A stretch of DNA of 64,000 nt from contig LSRY02000004.1 in assembly GCA_001643675.2 (NCBI GenBank), positions 310,001 to 374,000 of the forward strand, given 5' to 3'. Position numbers and translations under genes: made by a program. Source of the stretch: Monocercomonoides exilis PA203. Lineage: Eukaryota; Protista; Preaxostyla. The notes beneath the pieces were generated by a model. It was given only the letters and a program-made list of their open reading frames with translations. It was not told where the DNA came from and did no database searches. This document shows, in pieces, positions 53,755-64,000 of the stretch (its first letter is position 1; each line of letters begins with the position of its first letter).

Positions 53755-56132
53755 TCAACATTTTTCATCGAGCTTTTTCCTTAAAATTCGTTCTGTAAGT
53801 TGCTCATCATCTTCAAGTGTTCCTGTTGCAACCATCTCAGCTTCAAGAACATTCATTCCTTCATGAATAATCTTTTGGCTAAATGGATTGGAAGGTATTG
53901 ATAAAGTTTTTGGTGATTCTGTTGTTTTTGAATTTGGTGTGCGTTGATTTTGAAATGATACTGTTGGAAGTGACTCTGAAGCTGGCGACTGGCCAGGAGA
54001 AAGCGAGCGAGGGAGTTTTGACTGATAATGCGAAGACATAAAAGAAGAGCGAAATTGTGAACGTGGCAAAGAGCTGAAGGTTGCATTTGAAGCTGCAGCC
54101 GATGATGAAGAATATAGATAAGGAAATGATGTGTGCGGTGGAGTGCGTACAGTTTGAGAAATGGAGCCTTGAATTGAGCCATCTTTGCTTCTCTCATTGC
54201 TTCTATCAAGCTGTTGAGTTTGACTTTTCTCTCTTTCTTTCTGACTTCTTATGGTTTGAACCATTTGGCTAATGCTTCTTTCTTCTTCCTCTGATCTTAG
54301 CTGCTCGTTTCTGAAAGTGTCTTCGTAGGTGGCATCTCTTGCAGCACCATATTCGCTCCTTTCAGTCCGATAAAATGTATCATTTCCGTTTTGCGCGTCT
54401 TTCTCTTTGACATAGCGCTCAAATACAGAAGCTGTAACTTCTTCGCTTCGTTTTGCATCTACAATTCGTTGCAAATGCGCTTTGTCTCTTTTAAGCGTCT
54501 CAACCTCTTTTGAGAGTGCATCAACACGAAGCAATAGCAGCCTTGTCTGAGAAGGCATTGCATTCACTTCGAAAAAAAAGATAATAACAAATATAAACAG
54601 GCACATAATAACATCAAATAAATAGAATCACGCAAATGTGTTAAAGAAAAAGAAATGAGATCAACAAATTCTCATATTTAAAAAATTCCTTTAATATGAA
54701 ATAAATCAAACGATCTGATGCTGTTGGCGAAATGTATTTCTGAACGATTTTAAGCATTTTATTTTCTTCGTTGAATTGGTCTCTTTCTTTTACTGTTTGC
54801 TCCAATTCTTCTTTCAGTTGCTGATTAGCGTTGAGATACTCTGCGTGCTAAAACATTTAAATGTACAAATTTTTATTTGTCAAAATTCGCGTTTTCAAAG
54901 AATCAAATATTGAGTAAGAAATAATCTTTTGAAAGTCATCATTTTTCAATTGCAAACTTCATCTTTCAATTGGCTGAGTTCAGCTTCTAGCATTTCTTTT
55001 GAGCGTGTCACTTCTTCATATTGCTCAGTTTTCTGCTTTTCGTCGAAAAGTGCAGATTCGAGTTCTTCAATTCTTTGCTTCGTAACTTCATCTTGAGTGA
55101 GAAGACTTTTTCTATGGCAACAAATATGGAAGGAATAAGAAAAAAAAATCGGATTAAAAATGATAAAATTGAAATGTCTCATATGCATTTTTACAAACAT
55201 TTGATTATCTTTTGCTAATTCTTGCTGGGCGTGCTTCTCAATATCAACTTTGTGCTTCTTAACAACCATCAGATTAGCTTCTAGCTTTGCTGATAATGTT
55301 AATTTGCACATCTGATCGTAAATTATTGTTCAAAAAAATAGAGTTACATTTTTCAGTAACAATGCTTTGTTTGCATACAGAAATACTCTTTATTGCAAAT
55401 TCAATTATCTGTTCTGTGTCTAAATTATCATTGTTATCAACAATTGAAGAAGGTGAAAAAGTAGAAGTTGAGGGTAATGATATTGATGATGAAGATGATA
55501 AGGTAGAGGTATTTTGAGGTGTTTGCATCTTTATTCTCCGAGAAGGAAGCATCACTTCAAGTTAAAAATGAAACAATACAGATAAAATCAAATAAAAATC
55601 AAAAAATAATTGCAAACAATTTTGCATTTCTTGGCTATCTTCAATAATAGAATTGAGTGCGCTTCGAAAACTTTTAACTTTATTTTTCTCTTCTTCAAGT
55701 TGCTGAGTTAGGAGATTCACAGTTTGCTGAGATTCATCAAGCTTTGAAGTAATTTGATTCAAATTTTTCGCTAATGTCAAAGCCGTTGCTTCTGTTGATT
55801 CTGTTTCAAGTTGTATGTGCTGTGTTGTTGAAAACTGTTGTTAAAAATCAAATAAAATTAAAAAATTTCAAAAACTAAAAAATAGCAAACAAGTTCTGTC
55901 TGCGCCTCTTGTTTTGCTTCTTGAATATCTTTCTCTCTTGTTTGTTTAAGCTTTTCAATTTCAGATGTCTATATTAATTTTTAACAGAGTAAAAAATGTT
56001 TGAAAATTATGTATTTCAAACTTGAGTTTTGACAAGACGCGTAAGAGAATCAAGCTGCTGACGAAGCAACACATTTTCAGAAGATAATATTGATTCTATT
56101 GGAGATGTTTGCGTTTTGAACCCTACATTCAT
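53755..56132 (-). CDS. Multi-exon coiled-coil protein of unknown function
   Basis: ATG 56132 (MNVGFKTQ...LLRQQLDSLTRL). E/K/Q/L-rich exons separated by GT-AG introns, ending at TGA 53755. Confidence 0.7.
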
Positions 56133-56340
56133 TTAGAACTTTTAATTACCTTTTAATAATAACTATTTTTTTTTTATGGTACGTGTGATATTTAAAATAA
56201 AAACATTAAAATAATGCTGCATTCAATTCATTGCATATAATTAACATCATTTTTTTTTTTTTTTTTGAAAAATAACTTTATTAAAATTTCTTATTTTTTA
56301 ATGATCAAGAAAGAAATCAGTTTTCCTTTATCTTATTTAA

Positions 56341-59300
56341 ATGGGGAAAACATCAGATTGTTTGCAAATTATTTTTGTATACATGAAATTTTTATATCTT
56401 TTTTTCAAAAAAGATGAGCAGATTGTTTTTCTTGGATCTGGTGCATTTGGAGAAGTTTGGAAAGTCCGTCAAAAAACAACTGGGCAAGTGTATGCATGGA
56501 AAAAATTAGTGAAAAGTCGTCTTGTATCTGCTGTTGACTTACAAAGAGAAGTACAAATGGTTATGCAGATGGATTCTCCATTTTTGGTTAAATATGTGGA
56601 TTTTTTCGAGGAATATCCGCATTTTTATCTTGTAATGGAATTTTGCGACAGAAATGATCTTGGTCATTTTTTAAGTGATGCTAAAAAGATTGGACGTTTT
56701 TTAAAGGAAGAAGTATTTAATTCCGTTGTTCTTTTTGGTTTATTCATATTTTTCTCAATTTTTCAGCGTGTTTGGATGTTCATGGCAGAAATTTCAGTGG
56801 GAATTTATACCTTACATAAGGATCATATTATTCATCGAGATTTGAAACCTGATAATGTATTTTTGAATGGTAATTACCATGTAAAACTTGGAGATTTTGG
56901 ATTGGCTAAACAGTTGGACGACAGTTTTTTTAATGCAAAAACATTATGCGGAACTCCGTTTGAAAACACATGCTTTTTTTTTTTTTTTTTTTTTGAAAAA
57001 TTTTTTTATTATTTTCAAAATTCTTAGAGGTTATATTGCACCCGAAGTTGTTAATCGAATTGGTTACAATAAGCCTGCAGATATTTTTTCATTGGGGTGC
57101 ATTTGCTATGAAATAGCTACTTATACTATTCCATATCGAATGGAGGATCTAATCATGCAGCGGAAAGGAAGAGGATACAAAAGAAACATGGGAATGTTTG
57201 AAAATCCGATGAGCAGGCTGAGAGAAGCACCAGAAATTGTGGAACCAGAAGAGATGGAAAGGCGAATATTTGTGGAAAAGCCAAAGAGATTGAATGCAAT
57301 CTTTTCGAAGGATCTGAATGACTTGGTGTTTTCAATGATGGAGCTTGTATGCTTGTCTAATTCCATTTCATTTATTATTATTATTTTTTAACAATATTCA
57401 AATGATTTCATTTAATAACCATCATCTTTTTGAATCATTTTTGTTGTGAATCTACAAGAATCCTCGCCATCGTCCGACAATCCAACAGATTTTGATACAT
57501 CCGCAAGTCAACTCGTATCTTCAGATTATCGCTGAAAAGAATCCTCTTTTTGCCACCTTTCTGGAATCTCTTCCTGTCTTTCCTTCTTCTCCTTCTCCTT
57601 CTCCTTCATCTCCGCTGGCCTTTCGCTCGGCTCCTCAATCTTCTGCATCTGGCCGTCGTGTCTTGCGCACTCGCACTCCTTCTCCACCCCCTCCTCCAAT
57701 GACATCAGGTCTCCAGCCATCAAACAAGCCACTTGTGCGCCGCTGCATTTCTCCTCCTCCTTCTGCTGCTTCTCTGATGCCTTCCTCTGCCACTCCCTCT
57801 TCTTCTCCTTCTTCTTCTTCTTCTTCTTCACCTTCACAAAGTTCTGACACTACGCCAAAGAAGCCTCGTGTTCCTCCTCTGCTTCAAGTCGCTCGTCAGC
57901 CTCCTCCTCTTCTGCAGGATGCTGTGCTGCCTCTCACTTCACCCCGCCCTCTCATCTACAGACGAAGAATAGCAGAACCACAAAGCGATCAGACAACAGA
58001 CAGAACAAACAAGCCAGATGAGTCAGAAGCAGAGACGAAGGCATCAAATGAAAGAATTCCTTTACAGCTTTCACAGAGAGAGGAAATTAAGTCAGTCACT
58101 CCGCCTCTCCAACGCCTGCGGCTGCATCCATCTCCTCACCCTCTTTCGCCCTCTCAGTCACATCGCAATGAAGTTCGACAGCACATTTCACCAGACAAGC
58201 AAACAGCTGCCAAGTCTGAGACTGCTTCTCCTTCTGCTTCAACCTCTGCTTCTGCTTCTGCATCTCCATTTCAGTCATCCTCAACATCTCGAGCAGTCAC
58301 TCGCTCCACACCTCCCAGGAGCAAAGAGGGACTTCGTCCGCCTTGTCTTGCTGTTCCCTCTTCAGCTCAGCCATTCCCTGCGAATCTTCTCACTCCAGTC
58401 ACACCACCAGCCAATCTGTCTCCTTCTGCTTCTTCTGCTTCTTCCCCCTCTTCCTCTTCTCCTTTTTCTTCATCTCACCCAATTCAAACACCTCAGCCTC
58501 TCACTCCTCCATCTCGCAGACAGCCGTTTTCCAATCTGAATCAGGCGAATGTGCCTCGTCTTCAGCCTTCTCCGCCTTCGCCTTCTGCTTTTTCATCTGT
58601 TCTGTCATCATCTCAGCCGCCTCTTAGCAATGACAATGCACTTGCTCCTTCCACCTCAGCCACTCCATCTAATTCCACTTCAGCCCTCAAACGCCAACAT
58701 CACAGACGATACAACTCATCTTCGTCTTCTCCACCACCTCCACCACCTCCTCCCCAGCCTCACTTTAAAGCTTCTCCAAAGGTCAAAAAGGATCTCTCAA
58801 GTGATGATGCCTCAAAACTAGAGGAAACTAAAAGAGTTCCAGTGAGGAAGAGCAGAAGCAGAGATTTGCCTGAAAGAGAAGAAGAATCCACTGGAAGCAA
58901 AACGAGCAGAGCGAAAATGAAAAGAAATCAGTCAGACGATTCGTTCTCATCTGAAAAGAGAAGCAAGCATAGAAATGAAAGGGAGCTGCAAACTCATAGA
59001 AATGTGCATGACAAAAGGGAAAGAGAAAGAGAAAGAGAAAGAGAAGACAAAAAAGAACAGAGTGAAAGAGCACACAAACATAAAAGATACAAACGCCATT
59101 CCGAAGGTAATGATGATGAGAGTGAAGAAGAAGAAGAAGAAGAAGAAGAAGAAGAAGAAATCATTTTGGAAAATCTTGATGAAGAAGACAGTACAGGGGA
59201 AAAGACAAAAGAAAAAGAGGAAGAGGAAGAAGAAGAAGAAGAAGAGCACAGCAGCAGAGAAGCATCCAGTTCTGTTGAGTCATCTGAAATAGAAGAGTTA

Positions 59301-60776
59301 GACAGGATTCGCGAGCCATCAAAGAAGATGCACAGGACACAAGGTACATCATCTGCGCCTTATCTTCAGCGAAAGGCATCGTCGCCTCATTCAAAACCAT
59401 CTCGCCATGTTAAATCAACACATCACTTACAAACAACCAATCATTCATCAAAGTCTTCCTCCTCTTCTTCCTCTTCTTCTTCATCTTCATCTCACACTTC
59501 TCACCTCACTTCACCAATGCTCTCAATACCTCCTTATGCTCAGCCATCATTTTCATCATCCACCCAACCTTCTTCTTCTTTTCCTGCTGCTTCAGATGTT
59601 TCTTGTTCCTCATCCAAAAAGCTTCACAAGCGAAAATCATCATCGTCATCTTCTCCAGCTTTGTCTGAAGCATTCACAGCAGATTCTCCATATTATCTTC
59701 CACTCCCTTCTGTTTCCCACATCCTGCGCCCTCAGACATCACTGATTGGAGGGTGTGTGTGGGCTACACAGAAAGAACGAGTGAAAGTCAAAGAAAACGC
59801 AATTGTGTTGAGGAAAAGCTCAGCCAAAAGGGAAGTTTCTGCTTCTTCCTCCTCTTCCTCCAGAAATGCTGTTGTTGTTGTGTTTGGGCCAGAGCTGACT
59901 GAAGGAATGTGGCGCTGCTCTGTTGAGTTCGCAAACTGTCTCGATTCAGTCATTGGTATGAATTGCTTGATTACTCTTGTTCTTCATCTGAAAAATGAAA
60001 TTTCTTTTTCTTTTTTCTTTTCTTGTGTGTGTGTGCATATAAATACATGAATGCTTTTGCTGCTTAAACACATGTTTGTCTTGTGTTCAAATGTAAGCGC
60101 TTGGAGTTGTAGATGCCTTGTGTCCATTTTCGAGTGAATTCAGATTGGGAATGGATAACATGAGTCTTGGCTACTCAGGAAAACGGTTAGCAATTATTAC
60201 ATATTTATTGCTTGTTTTTTATCAATATTTATAACCAATTTATTTATTGAACCACAAAAACTGTTGAAACTTCCTTATTTTCAGTGGTGATTTGCTGCAC
60301 GACTCCACTTCGACCAGCGGGAACAGTCGCTTTATATCTGCCAAAAACAGAAAGCTGAGTGAAGGCGACAGCTTAAATGAAGATAGTGAAGGAGATGTAA
60401 ATGTGGTTGCAGATGTGGTGAGCATCGATGTGATTTTGACATCGTATTCCCAGACAATAGCGTTTTCTGTTAATGGCTGCTCTCAGCAGTGCATTGTAAC
60501 TGGAATCCCTCCTAAATTGCGATTTGCAGTATGTTTATGTTGCTTGGATTGTGTGGTTGGATGAAGATGATACGTTTTTGATAAATGCTGTTTTATTTAA
60601 ACTGAATTATTAATTTTGTTTCATTTTCTTTCATTGACTGTGTTGCAATAAAAACTATTTGTTATTAGGTTCAATTCGGCAGCTTTGGAAGTCGAGTAAA
60701 TGTTGTCGAGCTTCAAAAAGTGTCACTAAAGACTTCATTTTCTGATGAAAAGAAGGCGATCCAATGGTCAAGATAG
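56341..60776 (+). CDS. NEK-like Ser/Thr kinase with a long Ser/Pro/Glu-rich region and C-terminal SPRY/B30.2-like domain (multi-exon)
   Basis: LGSGAFGEV, YAWKK, IIHRDLKPDNVFL, KLGDFGLAK, YIAPE, PADIFSLG, HRPT. C-terminal GMWRCSVEF...IAFSVNG...LRFA|VQF ends at TAG 60774-76. Confidence 0.88.
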
Positions 60777-61285
60777 AAACGATTGCGTTTTGTGTTAAAT
60801 AAATAAATAAATATTAGCATTACAATTTTAATTTCAATATTTTTTTCATTATCTTTCTGTAAAATACAGATATGAAACAACTGAACATTCTTTATTAATA
60901 TGTATGTTATCAAATGGTTTGCTTGTTACATTTTTTATTCAGATTTTTATTTCCTTAATTATTTTCTTGAATATAAAATACGATCCTCTATTTCGTTTTG
61001 AAGTGCTTTGAACCTTATTGAAAGAATAGCACATTTAATTAAGCTATTTATAAGAAATGTTTTGATTCTGCTTTCATTTCGTTTCATTTTTTTATCATTT
61101 TTAAAAATATTTTTTCCTTTTTATTTTTACAACCTAACAATTACAAAGGCATCGTGTTTAAGTTGTTTTTTTTTTTTTTTTCACCTAAAAATTTAACAAA
61201 AATGATTTTTCGAAAAAAACTTTCCATTAATTTTATAATTTATAAACTGTAACCTGAAAAAGCATCAACGTTCTTTCAAAAATAT

Positions 61286-61492
61286 GGCTGATCCTTTTTG
61301 AAATCATACTTCCGTTCGAGTTTTGATCAAATTTTAAATATCAATGGGATTTGTTTCAAAATTTGTTTTTCCAATCGCAATATCATAAACAATAAGTTTT
61401 CACTATTTCAACTCATTTTTTTCCAAAATCCCATTGAAAATAAAATTTTGATCAAAACTCGAACGAAAGTGTGATTTCAAAAAGAATCAGCC
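61286..61492. mobile_element. MITE E (207 bp, ~65-bp TIRs, GGCTG termini, ATAT on both flanks)
   Basis: GGCTGAT(C/T)CTTTTTGAAATCA(T/C)ACTT(C/T)CGTTCGAGTTTTGATCAAA...CAATGGGATTT read inward from both ends. Confidence 0.85.
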
Positions 61493-62597
61493 ATATGCTT
61501 CAAATGGCCTCGGTGGATGTGAAGTTTCAAAAATAAAAAGAAAAGGAGGAAAGGAAAAAAAGGGAAATACTAAATTCTGAGATATAAAATACGAGCTTCT
61601 CATTTCCTTAAGCATTAACCAAAAAAATCAGAAATATTCAACGATGAAATAAGATAATATTTTTTTTTTTTTTGCAAAAAAGACAGTTTTCGTTAAAAGT
61701 TTACGAAAACATCTTCGAATCCTTCGTCCTCCATCTTTTCAAATTAAACCATTTTTGCTGATTTTCTTTTTGCTTCATCTGCTTCATTATCAATCTTGAT
61801 ACTCCATCATTTTGAAAGAGTCAAAAAGAATTGCACACTTCCTTCAATCAAATAATCTTTCGTTGATTGCTGCTGAAAATATCCCCAAACAAAATCATAA
61901 TCACATTTTCAAAACATGTCTGAAACACAAACACTATCTGATGAAATCATTGCATTAAAAAGACAAAAAAACTTAGAGAACTATTTTGCTCCAACATTCA
62001 TTTGATATTTTCCCCCTCTATTATCTCCAACTTCATTTTCATCCTGTTTGATATCGATTTGTACATTTCAGATCTTTGTGTTGTTCTGTCACTTTTTCAG
62101 CTTTTTATTCTTTGTCAATTTTTATAAATGAAACACATTTTCCTTTGCGACTCTCTTTTAATGGTAATTTTTGATGATGATAACAATATCTAATGCAAAT
62201 GAAAGTGGAAATCATCATGATGGTGGAAATGAAAAAAAGATCGTTTTCGAATTTGAATGGAAAAGAATAATTTGAGCTCATTTTCATTAAATTGCTTCAT
62301 TTCTGATTGCTGGAGGCATATTGAAGAGTTTAGCAAATTCTTTATCCTCTTTTTTTCAATTTGTTTTTCCATCTTTCATGAAAAGAAAGCATCATCAAGC
62401 AACATAAATATTTGAATGCAATTGAACTTGAGTTGAATGAAAAATAGTAACTGATGGTAATAGAACATTTTGCTTCTTCAAGTGAAGTATATTTTAATAA
62501 TTCACAGATTCAATTTTTCTAACCAGAAAATCCTCAAGATACATTTTCATTCAAAATCTTTTTCTGTTTATTCTTTAAATATGCATTATAATAGATA

Positions 62598-64000
62598 GAG
62601 TCAGTAATTTATCGGGACCTTTTTTTTTAACGGTGCCAAATTTTATAAATTGAAAATAAAAATTCCCACTTTTTTCATATTTATTAACATTATCAGTATA
62701 TAAGCAAACCCTGAAAATACGGATAATTTCTTTTGAATACGAAGTCTATTTCCAATAAGGGGGAGATGGGAGGGTTAATCTTTTTCATCAAAATAAACAA
62801 ATAAATAGTTGGGAAACATGGTATGTGAAACCATTCAAATACGTATAAAATTTTAATAAAAATTTTATTTCGATGAAAATTGAAAATAAAAATTAATAAA
62901 TTAATAAATTGGACAGAAGATCAAAACCATAATAAAAAAATGAAAATTGCTGTGGAACAAAAGAGAATTGCTCGACAAAGGAAATTACGTGCTGCAATGA
63001 AATCTTTCAATTACAGAAGGATTGACAATCGGCTGGAACGGATGGCGCGCATTGTGGTGGATGGAGTTGTCAGGATCACGGATGCAATAATCTCCATGGA
63101 ATTCTCACGCAAAAGGATCAAAAATGCTGAACAGGTTTTGAGAAGCAAAAAGCTGGTTTCAAAAGTTGGAAGATCGCGATTTGTAAGCAGAGGCAAAGAA
63201 CAAATTGTGCTGGATGAAATTATCATTGAATCAAGATCTGGAAGCTATTTGCCTATTCGGAAAGTTCGCGAACTGGTTTGTTGTTCTTTAATAGTTAATA
63301 ACTTTAATAAAAATATTTGATGGAAAATGTAATTAATGATACAGACGACGAAGACGCCCCATTCATTAACGTTTCAATGGGAACCGCATACCAATTTGTG
63401 AAGCGCCATCCCGAGCAGAAGAGAAGTTTGCTGAAAAATGTTTATGTTAATCTCCTTTCAGTGTCGTGCCAAAGTGTTCTGCAGCCCTGGTATTCATTGC
63501 TGGACGGCTTACATGAAAAAAATGAATACTACAAAGAACTGATATTTAATATGGATGAGTCTTCACTGAGAGTTCCTACCAATTCTAAGCTGAGCGTGGT
63601 TCATCCAAAAAATGAAAATCCAGGATTTCGCAAAGAACCACCGAAAATGGCGAATTCCACTCTGGTCGCTGCTGTGGCTGCTGATGGATTTGCACTTCCT
63701 TCTGTGATTCTATGGCCTAGCAAAAGTCTTCCTGATGAAATGAAGCCGCTGCTTTCGCAGACTCCGGATATCTGGCCGAACGGAAGTGGTTGGATGGGCT
63801 GCAATCAGTTCAAAAAGTACGCACTTACAACACTCCTTCAAGAAATTATCGATCGCAGAAAGCACATGTCACTGGAAAACTCTCACTGCTTGCTTCCCAT
63901 CGACTCACACATTTCTTTCGCAGATCCGACAATCTGGAAAGAATTTCAAAAAGAAAATATCGACGTCGTCACCTTCATTCCTCACAGCACACATATCGTC
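62598..64000 (+). mobile_element. Second pogo/Fot1-like DDE_1 transposon (right part outside the window); transposase starts ~62940
   Basis: TA|GAGTCAGTAATTTATCGGGACC resembles the TIR at 24868. Exon 2 (63320 to window end, open) contains IFNMDESS, TLVAAVAADG, SGWM, LLPIDSH and FIPHSTH. Confidence 0.85.

Noticed and set aside
1-64000. Non-standard genetic code (TAA/TAG read as Gln, as in some related protists)
   Set aside because: RPS13, RRP36, COMMD and PP4 end at TAA or TAG at the expected C-termini, and the conserved exons examined have no internal TAA/TAG.
1-64000. tRNA or rRNA genes
   Set aside because: No cloverleaf or rRNA-like conserved segments were recognised; tRNAscan-SE and Infernal would be needed to exclude them.

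Overview
Eukaryotic, AT-rich, intron-rich genomic DNA using the standard code with short GT-AG introns. The gene families and poly-Ser/poly-Glu expansions resemble an oxymonad such as Monocercomonoides (inference, not verified). The window has four parts. (1) 1-24 kb: a >11.9-kb intronless minus-strand ORF that the ORF track misses because it runs off the window. It encodes a signal peptide, 8 CG-x5-[PA]C-headed extracellular modules, a TM helix and a TKL-like pseudokinase. It is followed by a compact housekeeping block: NEK-like kinase, TAF9, class I sirtuin, RPS13, a 71-aa COMM-domain-only gene and PP4 catalytic subunit. (2) ~24.8-43 kb: an accessory island with a decayed DD35D pogo-type transposon, a decayed DDE_Tnp_4 (ISL2EU/Harbinger-like) transposase, three abutting TIR/foldback elements, a ~900-bp palindrome made of two inverted MITEs, pseudogenes, and copies of a lineage-specific helical-protein family. 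(3) 43-61 kb: a second housekeeping block with a Qc-SNARE, a candidate SIN1-like protein, a mucolipin/TRPML channel with a very long tail, RRP36, a coiled-coil protein and a second NEK-like kinase. (4) The right end has another MITE and a second pogo-type element. All gene models were built by hand from splice signals and remembered family motifs. No database search was run.
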